A DNA stretch of 63,208 nt, counting the filler. It is 6 parts of 6 records of this genome, joined end to end, with 100 filler letters (N's around TTAATTAATTAA, not from the genome) between each part and the next. Parts side by side here need not be neighbours in the genome. Positions count along the whole stretch, not along the records: positions 16,716 to 26,615 come from SRR31156797_25197; positions 26,716 to 47,803 come from SRR31156797_25201; 4 more parts are not named here. The stretch is one strand, 5' to 3'. The first letter of the stretch is position 1, and every line of letters starts with the position of its first letter. A model generated the notes under the pieces. The model was given only the letters and a program-made list of their open reading frames with translations, was not told where the DNA came from and did not search any database. Of this stretch, positions 19,616 through 28,277 are shown piece by piece. A program made the position numbers and the translations under genes.

Positions 19616-21040
19616 TCAACCATTCTGTTTGACAAACAAGTCCAGTTTCTCTTTGACGGCGTCATCCATATCCGGCTTGACATAGTCAGCCACGAGCTTT
19701 TCTCCCCGTTCCCGGATGGTGTCGATCAACGGCTTCTTGCCGTTGTTGTACCAGGCCTCCAGGCCCTCCCGGTAGCAGAAGTCCGGCTGCCAGGTGGCTT
19801 CCCGGCAGTTCAATGCCGTGTGCATGTTGGTGAGGTATTCTCCGCCATGGCCGACTTCCTTGATAACATCGAGGGCCAGGCTGTCTTCGCTCAGGTCTAT
19901 CTTGGCTCGCATGGCTTTTGCGTATCCGCAGATTTCATCATCCATCACCAGTTTGTTAAAGGACGCCGCCAGGTAGGAAGACAGGCAGCCGGCGCTGTGC
20001 TGGATGAAGTCCGCCCCCACGTCCATGGCATTCAACGTTGCGCTCATGGATTCGAAGCCCGCCTGGGCATCGATGTCGCACGCTTCCGTAAGGCCGCCAC
20101 CGCCCCGGCACGGCAGGCCATAATAATGACCCAGCTGCACGCCGGCCCTGAGGATCTTTGAAAATTCCGGCGCTCCCAGGGAGACAACCACGGAACGCAT
20201 ATCCATGATACCGGATGCGCAGCCATAGATAACAGGCGTACCCGGGGAAACAAGCTGGGCAAGCACGATTCCCGCAAGCACCTCGGCATTCTGAAGGACC
20301 AGAACGCCCCCCATGGTCACGGGACCGGTGGCGCCGCCGGTGACCAGGGACGCGATAAGCATGGGCTGCCGGTTCTTTGCAAACGCCATCAGCGCTTCGA
20401 CGGAGTGTTTTTCAAACTTCAAGGGGGTAAGGGTATTGATGAGGGAGATGGAAAACGGATTTTCCTTGAGGTGGTCCCGATCACAATCAAAAATAATTTC
20501 GCCCATTTTCATGCAGTCTTCCACGCCTTTCGCTCCCTGGGTGCTGCTTCCCATGAAGGGTTTGTCGGAATAGGTCATGGAGGTGTGGAGCATGTGGATA
20601 TGGGCTTTTTCAGAAGGGACATCGCTGGGATCACACAGCAGGAACCCAACCATGTCCTGGTTCGGCAGCGCGTGTGCCAATGTGGCGAGGGTCTGGTAAT
20701 CCGCCAGGGTTCCCCTGCGCATATTGCCTTCAAAGTCAACGACGTAGGGAGGGCCGTAGATCGGTGAAAAAGCAGGTTTCCCATCACCGATGACAACATT
20801 TTTCTCTTTGTTTCGGGCATGAACGGTAAACGAGGAGGGGCATTGTTTCAATGCCTCGTTAACCTGCTCTTCTGTAAAAAAGACAGTATTGCCGTCTACT
20901 TTAAAGCCGTGCTCTTTAAAGAGTGCGATACTGTCTTCTGATAAAAACTGCATGCCTGTTGTTCCAAGCAGATCCAAGGTCTTGGAATGAAGGGTTTCCA
21001 ATTCACCCTGGGTCAAAGTCCATATTGGTTGTAACGCCAT
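19616..21040 (-). CDS. mttB: Trimethylamine:corrinoid methyltransferase MttB-superfamily protein, pyrrolysine-free (MtgB-like)
   Basis: GGATGPVTMGG.LV.QNAE.LAG, QL..PGTPVIYG, DAQAGFES, KLVMDDEI and VGHGGEYL..HT motifs; no in-frame TAG; RBS AGGAG. Confidence 0.92.
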   Translation of the reverse strand: MALQPIWTLTQGELETLHSKTLDLLGTTGMQFLSEDSIALFKEHGFKVDGNTVFFTEEQVNEALKQCPSSFTVHARNKEKNVVIGDGKPAFSPIYGPPYVVDFEGNMRRGTLADYQTLATLAHALPNQDMVGFLLCDPSDVPSEKAHIHMLHTSMTYSDKPFMGSSTQGAKGVEDCMKMGEIIFDCDRDHLKENPFSISLINTLTPLKFEKHSVEALMAFAKNRQPMLIASLVTGGATGPVTMGGVLVLQNAEVLAGIVLAQLVSPGTPVIYGCASGIMDMRSVVVSLGAPEFSKILRAGVQLGHYYGLPCRGGGGLTEACDIDAQAGFESMSATLNAMDVGADFIQHSAGCLSSYLAASFNKLVMDDEICGYAKAMRAKIDLSEDSLALDVIKEVGHGGEYLTNMHTALNCREATWQPDFCYREGLEAWYNNGKKPLIDTIRERGEKLVADYVKPDMDDAVKEKLDLFVKQNG

Positions 21041-21068
21041 CTGTACAATTCTCCTTTGCGTAGTAAAT

Positions 21069-21182
21069 GACCTGACACCGCCCTTGCGGTTCAGATCGGT
21101 TCCCCTCCGAACAAGGGGGCGCCGGCTTTGCCGACCAACTAATAAAGGGAAAAACCCGTGGCTTTTCCCCTTATTGGTTGGT
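21069..21182 (-). promoter_or_regulatory. Structured 5' leader of the mttB operon (three adjacent hairpins)
   Basis: 23-bp stem at 21134-21182, short CCCCT/AGGGG stem at about 21102-21118, and a GATCTGA-ACCGC/GCGGT-G-TCAGGTC stem at 21069-21097, just upstream of the RBS. Confidence 0.5.
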
Positions 21183-21562
21183 ACCTGGAAGGTAGATCAA
21201 ACGAGTGCAACTCAAAGATCAAAGGAATTCATCCCCTTGCACCTGTCTGCTCCACTTCAGATAAATTCGGAAGCCACTTAAAATTGTGTAATTTGAGAGT
21301 TTTTTCAGGACCGGACGCTTTGCCGAGAACTACCAAAAATTCAAATTCCAAACTAATTTTCACTGCCCATTCACCGAGTCAAAAAAAACAAAGCCAAACA
21401 GGAACGAGCATACGCGATCTATATTTGATTTATTCTTATTTTTCAAGCGAAAAATTCACTATTAGGCGATTCTCTTTTCTTCCAGATTCCGCCCGTCAAA
21501 TCATCACGCTCGCACAATCTATTTGCCGAAAGATAACAGATACTTAAAAAAGGAACATCGAA

Positions 21563-21700
21563 GCGATGCGCTATTGCATCAAAGGCCGGGCCGCGATGCG
21601 ATAGCGCATCGCAGGACACCAATACGATGCATTTTCGCATCAAGTCGTTTCGCGATGCGTTATCGCATCAAAAAAGCAACCCGCGATGCATTATCGCATC
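21563..21700. repeat. Array of five palindromic GATGC-N6-GCATC units (probable transcription-factor binding sites)
   Basis: GATGC starts at 21565, 21595, 21626, 21654 and 21685 (periods 30, 31, 28, 31). All five are preceded by C; the intervening sequences are unrelated. Confidence 0.9.
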
Positions 21701-21754
21701 TATAATACTCAATAAATTAAAAAAGGAAACGAGGGGAGAAATTCAAAGCCAGGT

Positions 21755-22666
21755 TCAGCGGGAGAACAAAGAATCCTTCCAGTCCGGGAGCGGCTGGAAG
21801 CCCCCCTGATCCGAGAGGGCGCGGTGGAGACGCGTCAGCTCACCGGTCAGATCCCCGGCCGGAATGAATACATAGTCGTGCAGGGCCATGGAGGCCCTCA
21901 GGACAGGCGCTTTCAGCCCCAGGACCGATTCCAGCAGGGAGACTGAGGCATCGGTATCCAGTGAACCATAGAGTGATGCCAGCCGGCCCAGCAGCCCGGT
22001 TATCTCCTTTTTGTGGCCCTGGGCCCAGTTTTTTTCCGCCAGGATAACGATGGGGAAGTGCATGCCGTCCACCCGGAGAGAGGTCAGCACCCGTCCGTAC
22101 CCCTTTGCCTCGGCAATTGAGGGAGTGGGCTCGCTTGCCACGATGGCGTCCACTTCTCCGGCCGCCAGGGCGTTCAGCTGCAGGCCGGGTTTAAGGTCCA
22201 GAATATCCCCGGTCAGACGCACCCCTTTCTGCCGCTCCACCAGCAGCAGCCCTCCGTGGGTGGAGGTTCCCTTTTTGACCGCCAGCTTCCGTCCCTCCAG
22301 GTCCTCCAGGCAGGAGACGGATCGATCTTTAGCGGAAACCACGATCCTGTGGCGTCCCGGCCCGGCGGAATGGCTGCCGATCAGGACAAACCGCCCGGGA
22401 TACCGGGAGAGCAGCTGCAATGCCGTGGTATCTCCCATGGTGGCGATATTCACACTGCCCGTAACCAGGGCCTCGGCGGTTTCCGGTCCGGATGAGAAGC
22501 GTTTCCAGGTGTAGAGCGCTTCTTGCTCCCCCTCTGCCATGAGAATAAAGGGGACATCCCCGATCCTGTCCTGGTAGGCAATGGACACCCCATTGCCTGA
22601 AGAACAGGAGAACACCAGCGGCAGCAATGGAAGCAGCAGGCTTTGACAAATATTTTTCAGTTTCAT
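21755..22666 (-). CDS. ABC transporter substrate-binding lipoprotein (SsuA/TauA/NrtA-like)
   Basis: Lipobox VFSC; FSSGPETAEAL..GSVNIATMGD, LEGRKLAV.KGTS.H and EVDAIVASEP motifs. Confidence 0.85.
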   Translation of the reverse strand: MKLKNICQSLLLPLLPLVFSCSSGNGVSIAYQDRIGDVPFILMAEGEQEALYTWKRFSSGPETAEALVTGSVNIATMGDTTALQLLSRYPGRFVLIGSHSAGPGRHRIVVSAKDRSVSCLEDLEGRKLAVKKGTSTHGGLLLVERQKGVRLTGDILDLKPGLQLNALAAGEVDAIVASEPTPSIAEAKGYGRVLTSLRVDGMHFPIVILAEKNWAQGHKKEITGLLGRLASLYGSLDTDASVSLLESVLGLKAPVLRASMALHDYVFIPAGDLTGELTRLHRALSDQGGFQPLPDWKDSLFSR

Positions 22667-23440
22667 TCACTCTCCTTCCCGGCAGCATGGACAACAAAGA
22701 TCCATGGACCGGATGATCTCATTTTTTAATGTTATAAAATCGGGAGAATCAGGTGTTTTCTGCTCCTCCCGCAGGTTCCAGCGTTTTACCAGCCTGCCCG
22801 GACGGGCGGACAGCAGGAGGATTTCCGACCCAAGGCGGATGGCCTCGTCAATTGAATGGGTGATAAACAGAATGGTGATTTTTTCCCTTTTCCAGAGGTC
22901 CGCCAGTTCCCGATCCAGCCGGTCCCGGCTGCGTTCATCCAGGGCGCTGAAGGGTTCGTCCATCAACAGAAGCGAGCCGGACAGGGCAAGGCCCCTGGCA
23001 ATGGCCGCCTTTTGCCGCATGCCCATGGACAGTTCCGGGGGATAGGCCCGGTCAAACCCCTTGAGCCCCACCAGATCCAGCAGGCGCCCGGCTTCCCTGA
23101 CGGCCTCGTTTCCCCTGTGACCACGCTGGCGGAGGGCCAGCAACAGGTTGTCCATCACACGCATCCAGGGAAACAGGCTCTCTTCCTGAAACACCACCGC
23201 ACGGTCCCGTGAGGCGCCGGTTACGGGTTGTCCGTTAAAGGAAACCTGTCCCCGGGACGGACGGATGAATCCCGCGGCCATATTCAGCAGGGAGGACTTG
23301 CCCGATCCGCTCGGCCCCAGAAGACAGGTAAAGCTGCCCCTTTCAAGGGAAAAAGAGACAGCATCCAGGGCATGGACATTCCGGTTCCTTTCCGCTTTGT
23401 ACCAGTGGGAAATGGCGTCAAACGTCAGCACTTCACTCAT
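22667..23440 (-). CDS. ABC transporter ATP-binding protein (nitrate/sulfonate type)
   Basis: Walker A GPSGSGKS, signature variant LSMGM, Walker B LLLMDEPF, H-loop FITHSIDEA. Confidence 0.92.
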   Translation of the reverse strand: MSEVLTFDAISHWYKAERNRNVHALDAVSFSLERGSFTCLLGPSGSGKSSLLNMAAGFIRPSRGQVSFNGQPVTGASRDRAVVFQEESLFPWMRVMDNLLLALRQRGHRGNEAVREAGRLLDLVGLKGFDRAYPPELSMGMRQKAAIARGLALSGSLLLMDEPFSALDERSRDRLDRELADLWKREKITILFITHSIDEAIRLGSEILLLSARPGRLVKRWNLREEQKTPDSPDFITLKNEIIRSMDLCCPCCREGE

Positions 23441-24216
23441 CCGTTCAATCCTCTTTTGAGTCTCAGGGACCGCTCCAGGGGTTCAAACATAAATTTCTCA
23501 AAGCCCAGTCCAAACAGGGCGATCAGGCAGATAAACGCCAGGGCGGAGGTGAAATCCAGGGTCCACCGGGCCTGAAGAATGCTGAACCCAAGTCCCTGGT
23601 TGGTTCCGACGATCATCTCCGCGGCAATGAGCACCCGCCAGGCAGCGGCAAATCCCAGGCGGATGCCGGTCACCAGTCCCGGGCTGACCGCGGGCAGGTA
23701 AATTCGCATAAGGCCCGCCAAGGGGCCGAGCTCCATCATGGCCGCCACCCGCCTGAAGACCACGGGGATATCCCGTACGGATGCCTGGGTGTTGAATACC
23801 ACCGGCGGCAGGGCGGTCATGGTGATCATGAAAACGGTCGCACCGGAACCGACACCGAAGAACAGCAGTGCCACGGGAATCCATGCCATTCCCGGGATGA
23901 CCTGCAGAATTGACAACAGGGGCAGCAGAAGGTGCCGAAGGGTCTCGAACCGGCCGGTTCCGATACCAAGGGGAATTCCCGCAATCAGGGCAATCAGGAG
24001 TCCCTTGAACCAGAGGGACAGGCTGCCGGCCAGATGCTCCCACAGGGTATGGCCATAGACGGACTCTCCGGCGGCAAGCGCTTTCAGGCGGATCAGCACA
24101 TCGAAGGGACCGGGAAAGGGCACGGTCCCCCTGTATTGGGTCACAAGCCGGGCGCTGAATGCCCAGAGGAGGAGAAAAAAGAGTATACCGGCTCCGGAGA
24201 GCAAAAAGCGCTTCAT
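23437..24216 (-). CDS. ABC transporter permease (SsuC/TauC-like)
   Basis: IPGMAWIP and GIRLGFAAAWRVLIAAEM...GLG motifs; overlaps the ATPase start by 4 nt. Confidence 0.9.
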   Translation of the reverse strand: MKRFLLSGAGILFFLLLWAFSARLVTQYRGTVPFPGPFDVLIRLKALAAGESVYGHTLWEHLAGSLSLWFKGLLIALIAGIPLGIGTGRFETLRHLLLPLLSILQVIPGMAWIPVALLFFGVGSGATVFMITMTALPPVVFNTQASVRDIPVVFRRVAAMMELGPLAGLMRIYLPAVSPGLVTGIRLGFAAAWRVLIAAEMIVGTNQGLGFSILQARWTLDFTSALAFICLIALFGLGFEKFMFEPLERSLRLKRGLNG

Positions 24217-24429
24217 TTTTCCTTTTTTATTCCCGCGCCCGGATTCATATTTTATAAACCGGGGAATCTGTTGTAAAACGATTGTATCTCTTTTGAATCG
24301 TTGCTACAGCAAGTCAATGGTTGTTTTTTGGGGAAACGGATAGCGAAAAGAGCCGCCATGCTTGAAACTCCCGTATTCGATTTGGGGGCTTATAGCGATT
24401 AAAAGGGTTCATGTCAACAAAAACTGAAA

Positions 24430-25449
24430 TCAGAGGTTTATGTGGGGTAAACTTTCCAGTTTCGAAGCGGCGGTGATCCTGACGTAATTCAATTTCCGCT
24501 GGAGTTCTTTGATCGTGGAGGCGCCGCCATAGGTCAGCCCGGATCTTAATCCCCCAATGATATCTGAAATAATTTCGTTTTCAGTGGCCTTATAAGGTAA
24601 ATCCACCGAAATTCCTTCTGCTGTCTTCCATTCCGCCATTCCGCCGAAATGTTCTTCCTGCACCTCACTGCTGGCCATGCCCCGATAGGCCTTCACTTTT
24701 ATTTCCTTTCCGTCCGCCTGTTTCTTAACCCAGACCTTTCCCGGTGTGGGGCGCGTGCCGGCCAGCATACTGCCGATCATCACAAAATCGGCGCCAAAGG
24801 CAAGGGCCTTGACAATATCACCAGGTGTTCGAATGCCCCCGTCGGCGATTATGGACCTGTCCACACGGGCACATTCCTTAATGGCTGTCAGATTCGGTAC
24901 ACCAAACCCGGTTTTTATCCTTGTCATACATACGGCCCCTCCACCAATTCCAACTTTAATGACATCCGCCCCGCAAGAGGCCAAATAGTCTGCCCCTGCA
25001 TATGTTGCGACATTGCCTGCCATCAGGCATGCTTCCTTGCCGACAATTTGACGGATTTTTCTTAAGGTTCGACCAACGTATTTAGCATGGCCGTGGGCGA
25101 CATCAACACAAAACAAGTCAGCACCCGCATCCTTTAAAGCCTGGGTTCTTTCCAAATCCTCTGTTGCGCAACCAACGGAGACAAAGGTTTTATGCTTGCA
25201 CGCTTTAAATATCCGGAGATTTTCTTCAATGGCCATGAAACGATGTAAAACACCTATCCCCCCCTTTGCTGCGATGAAATTGGCCATCTCATCTTCTGTG
25301 ACCGTATCCATATTGGCGGTCATAATGGGAATGTCCAAAGCGATCTTGCCGGTTTTATCACGGGTTGAGATATCAACAACCTTGCGAGATTCATAATGGT
25401 TATAAGAAGGAATGAGAAGAACATCATCGTATGTAATTGCATCTGTCAT
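24430..25449 (-). CDS. GMP reductase / IMP dehydrogenase family protein lacking CBS domains
   Basis: ITYDDVLLIP, ANMDTVT, VDVAHGH, GNVAT, KVGIGGGAVCMTR (catalytic Cys), ADGGI, YRGMAS and AEG motifs; short length points to GuaC. Confidence 0.85.
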   Translation of the reverse strand: MTDAITYDDVLLIPSYNHYESRKVVDISTRDKTGKIALDIPIMTANMDTVTEDEMANFIAAKGGIGVLHRFMAIEENLRIFKACKHKTFVSVGCATEDLERTQALKDAGADLFCVDVAHGHAKYVGRTLRKIRQIVGKEACLMAGNVATYAGADYLASCGADVIKVGIGGGAVCMTRIKTGFGVPNLTAIKECARVDRSIIADGGIRTPGDIVKALAFGADFVMIGSMLAGTRPTPGKVWVKKQADGKEIKVKAYRGMASSEVQEEHFGGMAEWKTAEGISVDLPYKATENEIISDIIGGLRSGLTYGGASTIKELQRKLNYVRITAASKLESLPHINL

Positions 25450-25547
25450 AATGCCTCCATACAAATTAGGATTAAAAGCCTGATTATGTTTACCGGAAGC
25501 AATCCATCAAGGTTCCCTCCTGAATTGTCGTGGAAGAGGCTTACCTT

Positions 25548-26615
25548 CTAAAAACCCTTTTCCAATACTGCTTCCAGGCGCTTTCGGATCTCGTCGTATG
25601 ACTTTTCAAGCAGGCGGATAAGCGATTCCGCCCGGGAGGTTATTTCCTTGTTGGCCCCCATTTTCTCAAGTTGAAAGGCGGCGTCGGCGGCAGTATGGGT
25701 GGCAAGATAACTCAACATCCCCTTGAGTCGGTGGGCATTTTTTTTCAGCCCGGTGTGATCGCCCTGTTCAACATCCTGAATAATGTGTTTCAACAGGGGT
25801 GGATAATCCGCTGAAAATGTCTGAACACATTTTGCCAACAGATTTTTGTTGCCGTCCATGATCTCTTTCAGGTCATCCATATTGATGACTTCGTCCCCCC
25901 CTTCAGGGGCCGGGGGCTCCGTTTCAGGGGGGGGGGAAGGTCGTCCTTTTAAGACCTCCGCGATGCAGGACAGCAGGGCCTTGGAATTGAGGGGCTTGGT
26001 CAGGTATCCGTCCATGCCGCTGTTGAGGAACAGGGCCCTGTCCTCTTTCATGGCATGGGCGGTCAGGGCGATAATGGGAATGGGATCAAGGCGGTTCTCT
26101 TTTTCAAAGGCCCGGATCCTGGCGGTAGCATCAAGGCCGCTCATCACCGGCATCTGTCCGTCCATCAGAATCAAATCGAAATTTCCCGAACAGAACATCT
26201 CCACCGCCTGTTTCCCGTTTTCCGCAATCTGAATCGATCCTATATTCATTTTTTCGAGCAGGCTCACGGCCACGATCTGATTCATCTCATCATCCTCTGC
26301 CAGCAATATCCTGTATTGCGCTGGGAACGGGCTTTCGATCCCTTCCCTGGCCTGGCGGGACATTTCGTCTTGTTCCTTTCCTTCATGGACAAAATCCGGA
26401 TCGGCAAGTCCCATGCACGCCATGAATTTCTCATATTTTACCGGCTTTGCAAGACTGATGATATTGTCCTTTCCTGAAAAGTGGTGGTCCTTTTTCTTGT
26501 TCCCAAGGGAAAAAAGGATCACAAAAAACATTTCGCTAAAATCCATCTTTTCAGATACCAGGTTGATCAAATCCCTTGGATGGAGTAACGGCAGATCCTG
26601 ATCAATAAAAACAAA
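25548..26615 (-). CDS. C-terminal REC-REC-HPt part of a hybrid sensor kinase, 5'-truncated
   Basis: Frame open to the contig edge; ILLAEDD, LILMDGQMPVMSG, IIALTAHA and YLTKP receiver motifs; AHRLKG HPt motif. Confidence 0.88.
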   Translation of the reverse strand, partial: FVFIDQDLPLLHPRDLINLVSEKMDFSEMFFVILFSLGNKKKDHHFSGKDNIISLAKPVKYEKFMACMGLADPDFVHEGKEQDEMSRQAREGIESPFPAQYRILLAEDDEMNQIVAVSLLEKMNIGSIQIAENGKQAVEMFCSGNFDLILMDGQMPVMSGLDATARIRAFEKENRLDPIPIIALTAHAMKEDRALFLNSGMDGYLTKPLNSKALLSCIAEVLKGRPSPPPETEPPAPEGGDEVINMDDLKEIMDGNKNLLAKCVQTFSADYPPLLKHIIQDVEQGDHTGLKKNAHRLKGMLSYLATHTAADAAFQLEKMGANKEITSRAESLIRLLEKSYDEIRKRLEAVLEKGF

Positions 26616-26715
26616 NNNNNNNNNNNNNNNNNNNNNNNNNNNNNNNNNNNNNNNNNNNNTTAATTAATTAANNNNNNNNNNNNNNNNNNNNNNNNNNNNN
26701 NNNNNNNNNNNNNNN
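26616..26715. other. Artificial contig spacer
   Basis: N-run + TTAATTAATTAA + N-run. Confidence 0.98.
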
Positions 26716-26716
26716 C

Positions 26717-26821
26717 GGACAAGGATTTGACTTAGACGTTGCTGGACAAGCAGGTGGTATTTACATGTTACAAATTGTAACTAACGGAAAAGTAACTAGC
26801 AAGCGAATAGTGATTAAATAG
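26717..26821 (+). CDS. C-terminal fragment of a T9SS type A sorting domain protein
   Basis: GQGFDLDVAGQAGGIYMLQIVTNGKVTSKRIVIK* fits the G-x-Y...K-x-I-x-I-K pattern of the T9SS C-terminal domain. Confidence 0.75.
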   Translation, partial: GQGFDLDVAGQAGGIYMLQIVTNGKVTSKRIVIK

Positions 26822-26862
26822 CAATTATTATGGAGATGCCTCTGTTTCTCTATCACTAACTA

Positions 26863-26896
26863 AAAACGCCCCGGGAAGCCGGGGCGTTTTCTTTTT
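26863..26896 (+). terminator. Intrinsic terminator
   Basis: AAAACGCCCCGG-GAAG-CCGGGGCGTTTT followed by a T-tract. Confidence 0.85.
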
Positions 26897-26969
26897 CACA
26901 CAATTATGATCCTAAATAGACTGTTTAAATTAGATTCTATTAATTTTGTAGCGTTTTGAAGTATTCATT

Positions 26970-28277
26970 ATGAAAAAAGTCCTCATATTCACATATTACT
27001 GGCCACCGGCATCAGGTCCGGGTGTTCAGCGTTTTCTAAAATTTTGTAAATACTTGCCGGAGTTTGGTTGGAAACCTTATGTAATAACGGTTGACAATGG
27101 CACCTACTCTTCTACTGATGAAAGTTTGAAGAATGATGTGCCGGAGATTGTTGAAGTTATAAAAACTAAAACCTCCGAACCCTTTGCTGTATACAACAAA
27201 ATGATGGGTAAAGAGAAAAAATCAGCTACCGTGGGTATGATTGATATGGATAGCAAGAAAAGTTTACTAAAAAGACTTTCTGTATATGCCAGAGCCAACT
27301 TTTTTATTCCTGATGCCCGCAAAGGCTGGAATAAATTTGCCTACAATGCTGCCATTGATTTAATCAAAAAAGAGGATATACAAACTGTAATTACAACCGG
27401 CCCGCCACAAAGCACCCATTTAATTGGATTAAAATTGCAAAAGCAACTTGGCATAAAATGGGTGGCAGATTTCCGCGATCCATGGACAACAGTATATTAT
27501 AATGATATGCTTCCGCGGACCGAAGCCACCAAAAAGAAGGACAAGAAACTTGAAGATAAAGTCATTAAAAATGCCGACAGGGTTATTGTGGTAAGCGATG
27601 GACTAAAGCAAGAATTCAGCGACCGTTCTGAGGCCATTGACGTTATTTATAACGGATTCGATACTGAGGATATGCAATATGAGCCATGGGATGATAAAAA
27701 CCGAAAATTCACCATTTCCAGCATAGGAAACTTTAAACCAAACCAAAATGTAGTGGCTTTTTGGGAAGTTATCAAAGAAATAAAATCAGAACATGATGAT
27801 TTTGCGAAAGAAGTAAAAATATCACTAACCGGAAATGTGGATGGTAGTGTATTACAAACCATTGAAGCGCTGGGTATCAAAGATATGGTTGAAATCAATG
27901 GCTATGTGGCACATCACGAGGCCACACAGCGTATGATGACAGCCGACATGCTGCTTTTCATCATTCCACAAACCAAACGTAACCATTTGATAATTACCGG
28001 TAAACTATTCGAGTACATTGCTTCTCGCACACCTATATTTGCTATTGGCCCGATTAATGGCGATGCATCAAGCATAATCAAAAATGCCAAACGCGACCCC
28101 ATGATTGATTACAACAACAAAGCATCGCTCAAAAAGCGATTACTGGTGGCATGGGCAAACTGGCAAAAAGCCGAAAAGCCCGTTAAACACGAAGAAGGTG
28201 ATCTATGGAAATTCAGTCGCAAAGGACTCACCGAACAATTAGCCAATCACTTAAATCAACTCCATGAAAATAACTAA
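26970..28277 (+). CDS. Glycosyltransferase family 4 protein
   Basis: TYYWPPASGPGVQR..KF.KYL, TTGPP.S.H, WVADFRDPW and TGKLFEY motifs. Confidence 0.9.
   Translation: MKKVLIFTYYWPPASGPGVQRFLKFCKYLPEFGWKPYVITVDNGTYSSTDESLKNDVPEIVEVIKTKTSEPFAVYNKMMGKEKKSATVGMIDMDSKKSLLKRLSVYARANFFIPDARKGWNKFAYNAAIDLIKKEDIQTVITTGPPQSTHLIGLKLQKQLGIKWVADFRDPWTTVYYNDMLPRTEATKKKDKKLEDKVIKNADRVIVVSDGLKQEFSDRSEAIDVIYNGFDTEDMQYEPWDDKNRKFTISSIGNFKPNQNVVAFWEVIKEIKSEHDDFAKEVKISLTGNVDGSVLQTIEALGIKDMVEINGYVAHHEATQRMMTADMLLFIIPQTKRNHLIITGKLFEYIASRTPIFAIGPINGDASSIIKNAKRDPMIDYNNKASLKKRLLVAWANWQKAEKPVKHEEGDLWKFSRKGLTEQLANHLNQLHENN

Noticed and set aside
19616-21040. Pyrrolysine recoding in mttB
   Set aside because: The ORF is uninterrupted, has Leu at the aligned position, and no pyl genes are seen.
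21514-21529. Possible sigma54 promoter for mttB (- strand TCGGCAAATAGATTGT)
   Set aside because: It has GT rather than GC at -12 and a weak -24 context. A sigma70-like TTGAAA-N17-TATAGA (21418-21446) is an equally weak alternative, so neither was called.
21563-21700. Palindrome array as a CRISPR array
   Set aside because: Units of about 18 bp with 10-13-nt spacers are too short, the repeat centres vary, and no cas genes are on the contig. Kept as a regulatory-array finding instead.
24269-24311. Imperfect inverted repeat upstream of the ABC permease
   Set aside because: It could be an operator or weak hairpin, but it has mismatches and no second copy, so support is insufficient.
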